Below, one piece after another: positions 25,290 through 35,683 of a stretch of DNA of 64,000 nucleotides. The notes beneath the pieces were generated by a model. It was not told the DNA's origin. It saw nothing but the letters and a program-made list of their open reading frames with translations, and searched no databases. Position 1 is the stretch's first letter, and each line of letters opens with the position of its first letter. The translations under genes and the position numbers were made by a program. The stretch is from Escherichia phage vB_EcoM-UFV10, in sequence record OP555981.1; one strand, given 5' to 3'.

Positions 25290-27986
25290 TCAGCCAAACA
25301 GGAAGTCTAACGAAGCTTTTTCCTCATAGTCCATACCTGCCGATTCACACATGCCCGCAAGCGGTTTAACAAACGATTTTTGGAACAAAGTTGAGTAGTC
25401 AATCCAAGATAGTACGTCAGAACGAATTTCTTTTGGAAGTTCCGTACCCGATGGCCAAGCAATGCACTTGTCACCAAATGGATTTCCCTCACGTAACGGA
25501 AGAACCATTACCTTATTTCCATCCAAAATTGGAGCTACACCTAAACCGCTAACAGCTCGACGATAAGTTAGCACCCCACGAATATGGAACGGGCATTTAA
25601 ACCCTGGCCAACCTTTATCGTCATATTTCGCTATATCGTTCGCGGTTTTTACTTCAGCAATAACTTTATAGTCAAGTTGACGGTATTCTTTCTCAAAGTT
25701 CTTATAGTATTCTTGGACAGACTCTTCGCCTTCCTGAAGAATACGACGAATACTTTCTTCGAGAGCTTCTTGCACTGCTTTTGGTGTTGAACTCTGCTGA
25801 GTTTCCATACCCATGATTTTTAGATGTGGTTCAGCGAATCGCTTATCTTCCATATCATAAACGTTCAGAGCATAACGCTTTTTCGCTTTCCAAAATCCAC
25901 CAACGCCCTTTGAACCAAGTGGAGGGCAAGAAATAGCTTCACGGTCCATATGCATCAGATGCTCGCGGTTATTCATATAATCACATAACTCACGATATGC
26001 AACATCAATCATAGGTTCCATCTTTTTCTTACCGAACTGATTCATGAATTCAACTAAATCGTTCTGCTCTTTGAATCGGTCAAGACCAACTTTTTCAATA
26101 ACTTTATCTACACAAACATATACCGAATCAGTATCACCTGCTGCAATGAAATCTTCGCCATTAGTTCCGCACACTTTATTCAGATACTCATTAATTTTAC
26201 GAGCAATCCACTGAATACCAACTTGGCCGAAAATTGTGATAGCAGTAGCATTTCGCAAATCATAGTAACGGAAATGAATATTACCAAGAGCACCATAAAG
26301 ACTGTTAATAAGAATTTTACGGTTCAGCTGATTTGTGTTAGCAAGTGTAGCTGCTTTTTCACATTCTTCAATCAAACTATTGAGAACAGATTCAGTGTAA
26401 TTCGATAATTCATTTAAGAAATCATCGCTGAACTTAACATATCGTTCAACTTCTGGTTTAGTTGAACAAGACCCTGCACCTTTCATAATAATCTTTTTAA
26501 TAGCTTCGGCATTCATTTCTTCAGCGAACATTTTCTTTTTCCAATCTTTACGCTGGAAAAATACTTTAGCGATTTCCTTTGGAATGATACCTTCTTGATG
26601 CTTATCATACATCCATCCATTCGGAGAACAAGAATATTCATCACTTGGCTTAGGAGCTGTTCCTGCGATATATTCATGAATTGGATGAACTTTAAACTGA
26701 CCACGAATAGTTTCAGGACTAATGTTAACCTGGCGAATAATGCTCGGATACAGAGACGTCAAGTCAAAACTCATAATATATCGACGAGCAATTGGTTTAG
26801 GTTCAAACACAAATGCACCCGGAAAACTCTGTTTAACGTGTGAACCTTGTTGAGGAATAACCTTATGTTCACCTTTCAATGAGTTAAAAATAATAGCATC
26901 CCAAGTTTTAATAGGACTCATTACACCAGAAAAAGGCATTTTAGCGTAATAAGACATACTTAAAACTAGATCAATAAACCCACGAATTTTATCAATTGCT
27001 TGAACTGATTCTACGTCAATGATGTTATAACTAATGTATCGTTGATGATTAGTCTCACGAAGTTTATTAATAGGACCGTCGTATGGTAATTTACCTTTTT
27101 TGGTTTCATGCTGAGCAACTGATTCCAAAGAGAATGACGGCAAATTAGTAAATGCGAATTTCTTATACAAATCTAAATAATCAAGAATAGATACGCCATC
27201 AATAGAATAAATTTCTTTGCTACCGTACATATTTTGGATAAGTTTAGATTTTACTCGACCGATTGGAGAGAAGCGTTTCATACTGCGTTCACCAAGAACC
27301 ATTTTAACGCGATTCATGATATACGGAACGTCAAATCCCTCAATATTCCAACCAGTAAAAATAGCAGGTCGTTTCTGTTCCCAGAGATTGATATATTCCA
27401 TGAGCATATCACGCTCATTATCGAATGGCATATAAATTACTCGGTCAAGAATTTCTTGAGGAACTTCATCACCACCTTCACAGTCAAGCTTAGCAGCTAA
27501 CTTTGCATCCCATTTTGATACTGAACCGTACATTGAATTCAAAAGGTCGAAAACATAAAAACGATCATCAATTGAATCATAATGAGTGATAGCATCAATT
27601 TCATATTCTGCTTTCATTGGGTCAGGAAATTTATCACCAGTAACCTCAATGTCACAGTTAGCTACACGAACAAATTTTCGGTCATAAACAATTTCTGAAC
27701 CGTATGTATCACTGATATAAGCGAGTTTAAAATCGTTCATACCGAGAGCTTCGAGACCGATGTCTTCCATTCGCTTCATCCAATCTCGAGCATCTTTCAT
27801 TGATGGAAATTTTTGAGGAGCGCAATTTTTACCATAGATGTCTTTGTATTTTGACTCTTCCTTACAATGCCTAAACATAGTTGGAAGATATTCTACTTCA
27901 CGAGTACGTTCCTTTCCGTTTTCATCAATATAACGTTCAACAATGTTATTTCCGACTGTTTCAATAGAGATATAAAATTCTTTCAT
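25290..27986 (-). CDS. 43: DNA polymerase (family B)
   Basis: 898 aa exactly as T4 gp43; exonuclease and polymerase motifs; hairpin terminator downstream. Confidence 0.95.
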   Translation of the reverse strand: MKEFYISIETVGNNIVERYIDENGKERTREVEYLPTMFRHCKEESKYKDIYGKNCAPQKFPSMKDARDWMKRMEDIGLEALGMNDFKLAYISDTYGSEIVYDRKFVRVANCDIEVTGDKFPDPMKAEYEIDAITHYDSIDDRFYVFDLLNSMYGSVSKWDAKLAAKLDCEGGDEVPQEILDRVIYMPFDNERDMLMEYINLWEQKRPAIFTGWNIEGFDVPYIMNRVKMVLGERSMKRFSPIGRVKSKLIQNMYGSKEIYSIDGVSILDYLDLYKKFAFTNLPSFSLESVAQHETKKGKLPYDGPINKLRETNHQRYISYNIIDVESVQAIDKIRGFIDLVLSMSYYAKMPFSGVMSPIKTWDAIIFNSLKGEHKVIPQQGSHVKQSFPGAFVFEPKPIARRYIMSFDLTSLYPSIIRQVNISPETIRGQFKVHPIHEYIAGTAPKPSDEYSCSPNGWMYDKHQEGIIPKEIAKVFFQRKDWKKKMFAEEMNAEAIKKIIMKGAGSCSTKPEVERYVKFSDDFLNELSNYTESVLNSLIEECEKAATLANTNQLNRKILINSLYGALGNIHFRYYDLRNATAITIFGQVGIQWIARKINEYLNKVCGTNGEDFIAAGDTDSVYVCVDKVIEKVGLDRFKEQNDLVEFMNQFGKKKMEPMIDVAYRELCDYMNNREHLMHMDREAISCPPLGSKGVGGFWKAKKRYALNVYDMEDKRFAEPHLKIMGMETQQSSTPKAVQEALEESIRRILQEGEESVQEYYKNFEKEYRQLDYKVIAEVKTANDIAKYDDKGWPGFKCPFHIRGVLTYRRAVSGLGVAPILDGNKVMVLPLREGNPFGDKCIAWPSGTELPKEIRSDVLSWIDYSTLFQKSFVKPLAGMCESAGMDYEEKASLDFLFG

Positions 27987-28046
27987 AGATATTCCTTAGT
28001 TTATAGCCCGAGTTATTAGGCTCTTGATATATTATACTCCAAATAA

Positions 28047-28060
28047 GGGGCCGAAGCCCC
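28047..28060 (-). terminator. UUCG-tetraloop hairpin
   Basis: GGGGC-cgaa-GCCCC immediately 3' of the small ORF and upstream of the gene 43 promoter. Confidence 0.5.
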
Positions 28061-28067
28061 TTTGCTT

Positions 28068-28304
28068 TTAAATTTCTATTGTATGACGCGATATAACGGA
28101 CTTGCCATCTTTATTTGTGGTTTTGATAATCGCATGAAATACGCGTTGGCGTGGGTAAACTAATCGTTGGAATTCTTTTTGGAATTCTATTTGTTTATCT
28201 TCTGGGAGGTCAAAAACCAGTTGGGTAGAAGACAGACCATATGTTTGTTTTAGATTTTCGAATATTAGAAAAGCTTCGGTAAACTGAATCTTTGATTGTG
28301 TCAT
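28068..28304 (-). CDS. small hypothetical protein between regA and 43
   Basis: 78 aa from ATG behind AAGG; stop abuts UUCG hairpin; track version begins inside regA. Confidence 0.4.
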   Translation of the reverse strand: MTQSKIQFTEAFLIFENLKQTYGLSSTQLVFDLPEDKQIEFQKEFQRLVYPRQRVFHAIIKTTNKDGKSVISRHTIEI

Positions 28305-28314
28305 ATAATTTACC

Positions 28315-28683
28315 TTAATTACCAATCGTATATTTAGGAACGAGTTTCCATTCATGTTTTTGTTTAAAAGAAATAACTCGGAAGTTATTAGTTAAATCTT
28401 TCATAAAAGTTCTTTGACCAGGAACGATTTCAATCAGTCCCCAATCTTCTAACAGCCATGCAATCGAATCACGACGAACTTCATCTTCTTCTGTCATTTC
28501 AACTTGACGGCCATCCATACGAAGCATTTCTTTAAAATGAACGATATAGTATAGTCCTTTTTTCTGGAGAATGTGGCAGGACTGATACAGAACTTTATCT
28601 TTATTATTAGCAATTCCCATACGAGTCAAAGTTTCTTTTACTTTCAGAAAATCTTCAGGTTTTTTAAGAGTAATTTCAATCAT
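28315..28683 (-). CDS. regA: translational repressor RegA
   Basis: 122 aa; MIEITLKKPEDFLKVKETLTRMGIANNKDKVLYQSCHILQKKGLYYIVHFKEM matches T4 RegA as remembered. Confidence 0.85.
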   Translation of the reverse strand: MIEITLKKPEDFLKVKETLTRMGIANNKDKVLYQSCHILQKKGLYYIVHFKEMLRMDGRQVEMTEEDEVRRDSIAWLLEDWGLIEIVPGQRTFMKDLTNNFRVISFKQKHEWKLVPKYTIGN

Positions 28684-28684
28684 T

Positions 28685-29248
28685 TTACCATTCCAATGCT
28701 AGTTTTTTGAGTTGTTTCTGTTCTTTTACATTCTTAGTCACTTCTTTTAAAAAATCATCCGTGACTAAACCTTTTAGTTCTTTTAATACTAAAGGAAGTT
28801 TTCCATTTTTAGTAAGAATTGATTTATAGTTAATTGCATCATTTGTATTAACTTGATACCGCTTAGCAAGTAACTTAATAATCAATACTTCAGTAGAATC
28901 TTCGACCAGTTTTGCCCATTTACCATATCTTTTACCCCGAGGAACAGCAGCCATCAGGTAATTAAAATGGGCTTCATCGCTTAAACCTGATCCAATTAAA
29001 TTCATAGCATATACAGCTGGCATGCATTCAGGAAATTGTGATAATGCATTCTCAACCATGTATTTTGAATAATCTTTTTGAGCAATAGAGCATTTAGTTT
29101 TATTATTAATAGCTCCAATTATTTCAAAAAACTCATTTTCAGCTTTTTCTTTAAAAGAATCAGCAGCAGATTGGACAGCTGTCCAATCTTTTGAATACCA
29201 AGCAACTTGATGCTCGTTTAATTGAATATCATCTTCAAATAAGCTCAT
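28685..29248 (-). CDS. 62: clamp loader small subunit
   Basis: 187 aa from internal ATG (track start is GTG); size and position as T4 gp62. Confidence 0.8.
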   Translation of the reverse strand: MSLFEDDIQLNEHQVAWYSKDWTAVQSAADSFKEKAENEFFEIIGAINNKTKCSIAQKDYSKYMVENALSQFPECMPAVYAMNLIGSGLSDEAHFNYLMAAVPRGKRYGKWAKLVEDSTEVLIIKLLAKRYQVNTNDAINYKSILTKNGKLPLVLKELKGLVTDDFLKEVTKNVKEQKQLKKLALEW

Positions 29249-29249
29249 A

Positions 29250-30209
29250 TCACTTCCACTGCATTTCACATGCTAACTGAATGAAAAGATAAACTAGATG
29301 CAATTCAGTATTAGCTGCAATACCATGATACTGATTATTTTCGCCGACAATTTCGTACATACGAATAATACTCTGTGGAGTTACACGTGAATAGATTTCT
29401 TCGGCAAGTTTACCCACGAACCACGAATAATCGGCTGCATATTTTGGCGCTAAAGCTCTGAGTTGTTTAACATCTTTATTTTTGAGAGACTCAAGAACAT
29501 CATCAATAGCACCACGATCGTTAGTAACCAGTGATAAAATACCAGCATCCAAAACACCTTTAGATGAATAACTATCGAGCTCGCCAATAGTTTTACGAAA
29601 ATCAGGAAAATTCTTTTTAACCAAAGCTGCTACAACTTTCATATCAGCTATAGCAATTCCTTCATGCTTACAGATTTCAGTCAACCGACGAATCATCTGC
29701 TTCATCATTTCAATTTTATCTTCATCGGTCGGTTGACCGAATGTGATAACTCGGCAGCGTGACTGAAGCGGTTTAATAATACCATCAATATTGTTAGCAG
29801 TAATAATAATACTACAGTTTGAGCTGTAAGCTTCCATAAAGGAACGAAGATGTCGCTGAGACTCTGCTAATCCTGAACGGTCAAATTCATCAATAACGAT
29901 TACTTTTTGACGACCGTCAAATGAAGCTGCGCTAGCAAAATTAGTCAAAGGACCACGAACGAAATCAATTTTACAATCTGATCCATTCACAAACATCATA
30001 TCAGCATTTACATCATGGCACAATGCTTTTGCTACAGTTGTTTTACCTGTTCCTGGAGAAGGAGAATGAAGAATAATATGTGGAATCTTACCTTTACTTG
30101 TAATAGATTTAAAGGTTTCTTTATCAAAGGCGGGAAGAATACATTCATCGATAGTAGATGGACGATATTTCTGTTCAAGAATGTGTTCTTTTTCATTTAC
30201 GGTAATCAT
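29250..30209 (-). CDS. 44: clamp loader AAA+ ATPase subunit
   Basis: 319 aa from ATG (track start is TTG); Walker [11 protein letters not shown], Walker B VIVIDEFD. Confidence 0.9.
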   Translation of the reverse strand: MITVNEKEHILEQKYRPSTIDECILPAFDKETFKSITSKGKIPHIILHSPSPGTGKTTVAKALCHDVNADMMFVNGSDCKIDFVRGPLTNFASAASFDGRQKVIVIDEFDRSGLAESQRHLRSFMEAYSSNCSIIITANNIDGIIKPLQSRCRVITFGQPTDEDKIEMMKQMIRRLTEICKHEGIAIADMKVVAALVKKNFPDFRKTIGELDSYSSKGVLDAGILSLVTNDRGAIDDVLESLKNKDVKQLRALAPKYAADYSWFVGKLAEEIYSRVTPQSIIRMYEIVGENNQYHGIAANTELHLVYLFIQLACEMQWK

Positions 30210-30241
30210 AATTTCCTCATTCAAGTTTTAGTGTAAATTAT

Positions 30242-30255
30242 AAAGGGCCGAAGCC
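30242..30255 (-). terminator. UUCG-tetraloop hairpin after gene 45
   Basis: AGGGC-cgaa-GCCCT. Confidence 0.5.
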
Positions 30256-30260
30256 CTCTA

Positions 30261-30947
30261 TTAAAAATCGTGGGTAGAATCAGCTTCAAGAGCTACTACA
30301 TAATTCGCGTGTTCACCTTCAAATTTAGCAGCACCTTGTTTACCTTTTGCCCAGAGCAGAAGTTTATAATTTCCTGGTTGCATTTTCATATTTGCCATAT
30401 TGATAATGAAATTAAATGTATTTTCACCATCATAATCACCAAGAGTCAAAGAATATTTAACACGGGTCAGAGCAGAATCTTCTACTTTATTAAAACCGTT
30501 AATTACGATTTTACCTTCTTTTACCGTGATAGCAATTGTATCAATCTGCAGACCACGAGATACACGCAACAGTTGTTGAAGGTCTTCAGCTTTAATTTCA
30601 GTAACAACAGATGCTACCGGGAATGGAATTGGTTTATTAGGAGCAACTACTGTACTCGGATCGGCTGCTGGCCAAAAAATTGTTGAACGGGCATCAGCAA
30701 TTTTAATATTTCCATCTTCTGACTGGGAAATTTCTGCATCATCATTAACTAGAGACAGAATACCGAGAAAACCGTTCAAATCGTAAATTGCTACATCAAA
30801 ATCAATAACGTCAGAAATATTTGCTTCCGCATAAGTTGTACCATTAACTGCGCGAGTCATAATAAATTGACCGGATTTAAGCATAATACCAGAGTTAATA
30901 GTAGCGAAATTTTTAAGCAGAGCAGTAGTATCTTTAGACAGTTTCAT
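30261..30947 (-). CDS. 45: sliding clamp
   Basis: 228 aa as T4 gp45; position after 44/62; hairpin downstream. Confidence 0.85.
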   Translation of the reverse strand: MKLSKDTTALLKNFATINSGIMLKSGQFIMTRAVNGTTYAEANISDVIDFDVAIYDLNGFLGILSLVNDDAEISQSEDGNIKIADARSTIFWPAADPSTVVAPNKPIPFPVASVVTEIKAEDLQQLLRVSRGLQIDTIAITVKEGKIVINGFNKVEDSALTRVKYSLTLGDYDGENTFNFIINMANMKMQPGNYKLLLWAKGKQGAAKFEGEHANYVVALEADSTHDF

Positions 30948-31002
30948 GTAATTTCCTTCAATTCAAATGAGATTTAATTTTATAACTAATTTAATAAAGC
31001 AA

Positions 31003-31392
31003 TTAACGATTAAAATCAGCCGCAATTGTTTCCACAACAATTTGAGCAGCAACAATTAGACGTTCATCTGCATTACCACAATAATCATCTTCAAGGCGTT
31101 CACCGCATGAAGTCATAATAAATTTAGCACCGGCGTTTAGGGATTCTGTAGTATGTTTGCGCATTAGTTCAATCCATTTATTACTTACTTCACGATCGAT
31201 AGCTTCATAATACGCATGACGAGCAGGTGCAGATTTAATTTTGTTCTGAATAACTTCCATTGCGTTATCAGAAAGAGACAAAACCCATGCTCGACGAATT
31301 TTATTTTGGTTTTGTGGATTTGATTCAGAACGCACGTGTTTTGGCTGAATATCTTTTACGTCAACAGTATAATTCACAGTAATTTTAGTCAT
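31003..31392 (-). CDS. rpbA: RNA polymerase-binding protein A (by size and synteny)
   Basis: 129 aa, immediately downstream of gene 45 as in T4. Confidence 0.55.
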   Translation of the reverse strand: MTKITVNYTVDVKDIQPKHVRSESNPQNQNKIRRAWVLSLSDNAMEVIQNKIKSAPARHAYYEAIDREVSNKWIELMRKHTTESLNAGAKFIMTSCGERLEDDYCGNADERLIVAAQIVVETIAADFNR

Positions 31393-31401
31393 AATACACC
31401 T

Positions 31402-31593
31402 TTAGTCATAATAATCAGTAACAGTCCAAGCTTCATTTCTATTGGACATTATTTTTGTATATTCTGCTTTAAATGCATTCCTAAGCATAGATTCAGTAAC
31501 TATATGCTCTTCATTAGAAAAATTATTTCTCAGAATATATCGTTTTATTTCAGGAATAGTTAATAGATGCTGTCCAGTTGAATATTCTGCCAC
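31402..31593 (-). CDS. hypothetical protein
   Basis: 63-aa ORF with apparent GTG start behind GGAGG; overlaps the late promoter on the opposite strand. Confidence 0.35.
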   Translation of the reverse strand: MAEYSTGQHLLTIPEIKRYILRNNFSNEEHIVTESMLRNAFKAEYTKIMSNRNEAWTVTDYYD

Positions 31594-31603
31594 AGTTCCT
31601 CCG

Positions 31604-31611
31604 TATAAATA
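31604..31611 (+). promoter_or_regulatory. late promoter (TATAAATA) for the plus-strand HNH endonuclease
   Basis: exact TATAAATA on forward strand about 33 nt upstream of the ATG at 31645; AAAAGGA SD. Confidence 0.55.
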
Positions 31612-31644
31612 TGTTTATCACTCGCTGTATCAAAAGGATATGTT

Positions 31645-32361
31645 ATGAATTATAAACTAATTTATGAAAAGTTAATCTCTAATGCTAAATCTCGAAAACT
31701 TGATTGCTATACTGAATCTCATCACATTATACCGCGCTGTTTAAATGGAAGTGATGATGCTTCAAACTTAGTAGATTTAACACCAGAAGAGCACTATGTA
31801 GCTCATCAACTTTTAGTAAAAATTTATCCTTCTGAACCAAAATTAGTCTATGCTGCTAACATGATGACAGTTTCTACGAAATACGCTAAACGCAACAATA
31901 AAACTTTCGGTTGGATTCGTCGTAAACTCTGGGAAATAGAAAAGAACAAAGAATTCTCCCAGGAGACACGAAAGAAAATGTCTGATGCAGTAGCTAATAA
32001 AGCAAGATTAACTTGTCCTCATTGCGGTAAGTCTGGATTAAGCGGAAATATGAATCGTTGGCATTTTGATAACTGCCCAAATCACCCTAATCCTAAAATT
32101 AGACCACCAATGTCTAAAGAACACAGAAATAATATCTCAAACGGGCTTAAAGCAATCGTTCTTGAAGAAACATCCTGCGAATTCTGCGGAATGATAGGCA
32201 AGAAATGCGTTATCGCAGCGCATAGAAATTTCTGCAAGAAAAATCCAAATGGACGCAAGAAAACTGAAAAGACTGGTACTTGCGTCCATTGTGGTAAAGT
32301 TACCACTTTCGGAAATTTATCAAGATGGCATAATGATAACTGTAAATATAAACTTAGCTAA
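31645..32361 (+). CDS. HNH homing endonuclease with three C-terminal zinc-finger repeats
   Basis: 238 aa; HNH core ESHHIIPRCLNGSDDASNLVDLTPEEHYVAHQLL; three CxxCG...RWHxDNC repeats; plus strand with TATAAATA upstream. Confidence 0.8.
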   Translation: MNYKLIYEKLISNAKSRKLDCYTESHHIIPRCLNGSDDASNLVDLTPEEHYVAHQLLVKIYPSEPKLVYAANMMTVSTKYAKRNNKTFGWIRRKLWEIEKNKEFSQETRKKMSDAVANKARLTCPHCGKSGLSGNMNRWHFDNCPNHPNPKIRPPMSKEHRNNISNGLKAIVLEETSCEFCGMIGKKCVIAAHRNFCKKNPNGRKKTEKTGTCVHCGKVTTFGNLSRWHNDNCKYKLS

Positions 32362-34042
32362 TCTTAGCTAAACTAAATCTACCAACTTTTTCCATCTGAA
32401 TATGCTGACCATATTCTTGTGGGTCATGGTCTTTATGTGAAATTATGAAGAAGTTGGTATCCTTCAAACCATCTAAAATTTTAGCTACATTTTTAATACC
32501 TTCAGCATCAAATGCACCGTCATACACTTCATCAAGAAATAAACAACTTATTTTAACACCTGAAACTTTTTCAGCAATATCACGCCAAGTAAATAAAAGA
32601 GCAATATCAATTCGCGCTTTTTCACCTTGACTGAATGAAGCATAACTAAAATCTTCACGACCACGGGATTTAATTGTCTCATTAAATTCTTCATCTAATG
32701 TAAACACATAATCCGCTTCCATTATTTTAAGATAATGGTTAATCTGCTTATTAAATAATGGAATGTACTTTTTAATAATAGCACCTTTAATACCAGAATC
32801 TTTGAGCATATCAGTCAAAATTCCTCGGTGGTATTTTTCCATTACTAAATTAGTTTTTGTCTTAACAATTTTATCAAGTTCTTCTTGAAGCAGTGCTATT
32901 TCATCAGCATGGTCAATAAACTCAGAAGATGCTTTTTCTATAGCCGCTTTAACCTTTTTAGCTTTATCTACTGCTGCGATCAGAGATTGCTTTTTATTGC
33001 GAATATCATTTGCCAACGACTGCTGGGTTTTAATATTATCTCGGTATTCATCAACAAGAACTTTTAAATTATCACGATGTGTTGAAAGATGTTCAAACGA
33101 ATGCGTGCATTCAGAAACTTTATCTTTAATTTTAGAAACAACTTTATCACCGGAACTTAATTGTGACAAACAGGTTGGACATAATCCACCTTCGTGATAC
33201 ATATTAATGACTTTATTATACGAGTCAATTTTTGATTTAATTAAAACTGCTTCTTGACCGATTTTATTAAATGCATCAGTCGGGTCTTCATCTAAAACAA
33301 TATTAACTAATCTTTCATTAGCTTCTTCTATTTCCGATTTTAGCGTTCTAGCTTCTTTTGCCAAATCATCATACATATTTTGAAGACGAGTAAGGTTGTC
33401 ACCCGTTAATTTTTTCTGGCGTTCAACGTTATCATTATATATTTTAATTTGTTGGATAATACTATCTTTTTTAACATCAAGCACTTGGTTTTGTGAATTT
33501 AATTCACGTATTAGTGCTTTATTAAGCTTATCCATTTCAGCTAATGTTCCTACCTCGAGCAGGTCTTCCACAAGCTTTCTTCGCGCAGGGGTCGACAAAC
33601 CCATGAAAGGGGTATACCCTGCTGTACCAAGGACAACAATCTGCTTGAAACTGGCATATGACATTCCGATAAGCTGTTCAAATTCTGCTTGGAAATCTTT
33701 ACTGCTGGCAGATTCATTAAGACGTGTACCGTTAACGGTGATTTCGAAAACGTTTGGTTTTTGTCCTCTTTTGATATAATACTTTTTCTCATCATATTCC
33801 ATCCACAGTTCAACTAAAAGTTCTTTCTTATTTGTGCTGTTTATTAATTGACCTTTCTTTACATCACGAAATGGCTTGCCAAAAAGCCCAAATGTGATGG
33901 CTTCTAACATAGTAGACTTACCACCGCCATTTCGTCCAGTAATAAGAGTTTTTTGAACCTTATCTAATTGAATGTCAATAGGATTTCCACCTACTGACAT
34001 TATATTTTGATACCTAACTCGGTTTAGTTTAAAATTCTTCAC
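32354..34042 (-). CDS. 46: recombination endonuclease subunit (Rad50/SbcC-like ATPase)
   Basis: 562 aa; Walker A GRNGGGKST, central coiled coil, C-terminal signature/Walker B; first codon reads GTG. Confidence 0.9.
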   Translation of the reverse strand: MKNFKLNRVRYQNIMSVGGNPIDIQLDKVQKTLITGRNGGGKSTMLEAITFGLFGKPFRDVKKGQLINSTNKKELLVELWMEYDEKKYYIKRGQKPNVFEITVNGTRLNESASSKDFQAEFEQLIGMSYASFKQIVVLGTAGYTPFMGLSTPARRKLVEDLLEVGTLAEMDKLNKALIRELNSQNQVLDVKKDSIIQQIKIYNDNVERQKKLTGDNLTRLQNMYDDLAKEARTLKSEIEEANERLVNIVLDEDPTDAFNKIGQEAVLIKSKIDSYNKVINMYHEGGLCPTCLSQLSSGDKVVSKIKDKVSECTHSFEHLSTHRDNLKVLVDEYRDNIKTQQSLANDIRNKKQSLIAAVDKAKKVKAAIEKASSEFIDHADEIALLQEELDKIVKTKTNLVMEKYHRGILTDMLKDSGIKGAIIKKYIPLFNKQINHYLKIMEADYVFTLDEEFNETIKSRGREDFSYASFSQGEKARIDIALLFTWRDIAEKVSGVKISCLFLDEVYDGAFDAEGIKNVAKILDGLKDTNFFIISHKDHDPQEYGQHIQMEKVGRFSLAKIS

Positions 34043-34302
34043 AAAAGATTCCTTTTAATGTATCTTTTAGACCATTCTATCATATCATCATAATCTAAAA
34101 AGTATTCATCAAATTCAGCCATGCAAACAACACCTTGTGCTGCTTTTGATGTGATATAAATTATTCCAACATATCTAGAATCTTCTTCGGTATAATCAAT
34201 ATTTGCTATGAATTCATCATTAATGTCAAATGTCGAAAACTTCACAGTATGCATCCTTAATACAAGATACAGCCATATCTTGTAATGATTTAGGTGTATC
34301 AT
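34039..34302 (-). CDS. hypothetical protein
   Basis: 87-aa ORF, ATG start. Confidence 0.4.
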   Translation of the reverse strand: MIHLNHYKIWLYLVLRMHTVKFSTFDINDEFIANIDYTEEDSRYVGIIYITSKAAQGVVCMAEFDEYFLDYDDMIEWSKRYIKRNLL

Positions 34303-34489
34303 TATCTAAAATGTTGAAGTTAAAAGATACAGCCCAATCTGTACAGACCGTAACCTTTTTAATACAATTATCTTCAACCTCTAACGGTTCAAACCAATAT
34401 TCAATAATTTCTTTATGCCCAATATCATCTTTTACTTCGCATTCAAAATGCTGACTCATCATAACATTTTTAAATTCATCAAAAGTCAT
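34226..34489 (-). CDS. hypothetical protein
   Basis: 87-aa ORF, ATG start. Confidence 0.4.
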   Translation of the reverse strand: MTFDEFKNVMMSQHFECEVKDDIGHKEIIEYWFEPLEVEDNCIKKVTVCTDWAVSFNFNILDNDTPKSLQDMAVSCIKDAYCEVFDI

Positions 34490-35505
34490 TGTGTTGCCTC
34501 TACATATAGCTGGTTTGCATATTGAATAAGTGCTTCACGATCAGAATCAGTGATGTCTGGAATTGCATTAATGTATTCTTCCATCAACGTCTGAAGAGAT
34601 TGAACTTCAACTTCTTCACTGTCATCTGACTCGACAGAGTTATCAATTTTTGACACAACTCGTAATGAATGCACAACTTTTTCTAGTTCAGATTCGAACT
34701 TCGTCAGATTTTTGTCTACTTCAGTTACTATAACACGTACTGATAGATTTGTAAAATCTTTATAGTCAATTTTTCCTTTAAATGGATAATGAATTCTACG
34801 ATGCCAGGTAGTATTGTTTGGAATAAATTCCATTCGTTCTGTTTCTGTATCAAACATCCAGAACCCACGAGGGTCATTCTCGTCACCTGCAGTTAGTGTC
34901 CATGGTGTCCCAATATATCTGACGTTAGCAGCCTCAGAGATAGTATGGAAGTGACCAGACCACACTTCTTTATAAGTCTTAAGGAAATCAGGTTCAAGAC
35001 CATGAGATTTCATTCCTTTATAAAAATAAAATCCGTTCAGTTCCCAGTGACCGACGCAAAAAGAAGCAGATGAAGTTTTGATGTGCTCAAGAATTTCACC
35101 AGTATTTTCTTCACACATCCAAGGAATTAAATCAATTAAACATCCGTCAAAATCTACTGTAGTAGGCTTATCATATACTTTAACATTAGGATATTTAGCC
35201 AAAAGCTCAGTAGAAGCATTTGGATGCATTACATTTTTATAGTGGAGATCGTGATTTCCTACAATAGTATGTAGGGTAATACCAGCATCATCAAGCATTT
35301 GAACTATTTCACGGGCAAACTCCATAGTTTTATGCGTGATCGCTTTTCGCACATCAAAAATATCACCGTATTGAATCCAAGTAGTAATTCCATTTTTCTT
35401 AGAATATTCTATCGCTTGCTTAATTCCATCAATTTGAATACCGCGAATCCACTCATCATCGGCTTTAACGCCTAAATGCCAATCACCTAAATTTAAAATT
35501 TTCAT
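34486..35505 (-). CDS. 47: recombination endonuclease subunit (Mre11/SbcD-like)
   Basis: 339 aa; calcineurin-like phosphoesterase motifs (GDWHLG, GNHD, GHWE). Confidence 0.9.
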   Translation of the reverse strand: MKILNLGDWHLGVKADDEWIRGIQIDGIKQAIEYSKKNGITTWIQYGDIFDVRKAITHKTMEFAREIVQMLDDAGITLHTIVGNHDLHYKNVMHPNASTELLAKYPNVKVYDKPTTVDFDGCLIDLIPWMCEENTGEILEHIKTSSASFCVGHWELNGFYFYKGMKSHGLEPDFLKTYKEVWSGHFHTISEAANVRYIGTPWTLTAGDENDPRGFWMFDTETERMEFIPNNTTWHRRIHYPFKGKIDYKDFTNLSVRVIVTEVDKNLTKFESELEKVVHSLRVVSKIDNSVESDDSEEVEVQSLQTLMEEYINAIPDITDSDREALIQYANQLYVEATQ

Positions 35506-35665
35506 ATATCAAGAACCGTCATTGAAATGCAAAATAAAATTATTGAAATAAAACCATCTGGAGTACTAAAGAATCCAACCCAACACGCTCTAGTGAAAAG
35601 ATAAAACGCGAGAAAAAGTATCACATATCCAAGAAATATCATTATATCAAACTCCATATAAAGCT

Positions 35666-35683
35666 AAAGGGCCGAAGCCCTTT
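35666..35683 (-). terminator. UUCG-tetraloop hairpin after a-gt
   Basis: AAAGGGC-cgaa-GCCCTTT. Confidence 0.55.

Noticed and set aside
24872-25297. Long N-terminal extensions in track ORFs 24872-25297, 51790-52926, 50798-51385 and 15626-16237 (e.g. ...GTIQLSTDTDLENK...)
   Set aside because: The extensions are in-frame translations of the conserved early promoter/leader (TTTACA / TACTAT / ...GGAGAATAAAATG), begin at TTG/GTG codons, and recur in front of unrelated genes. The true starts are the ATG after the GGAG.
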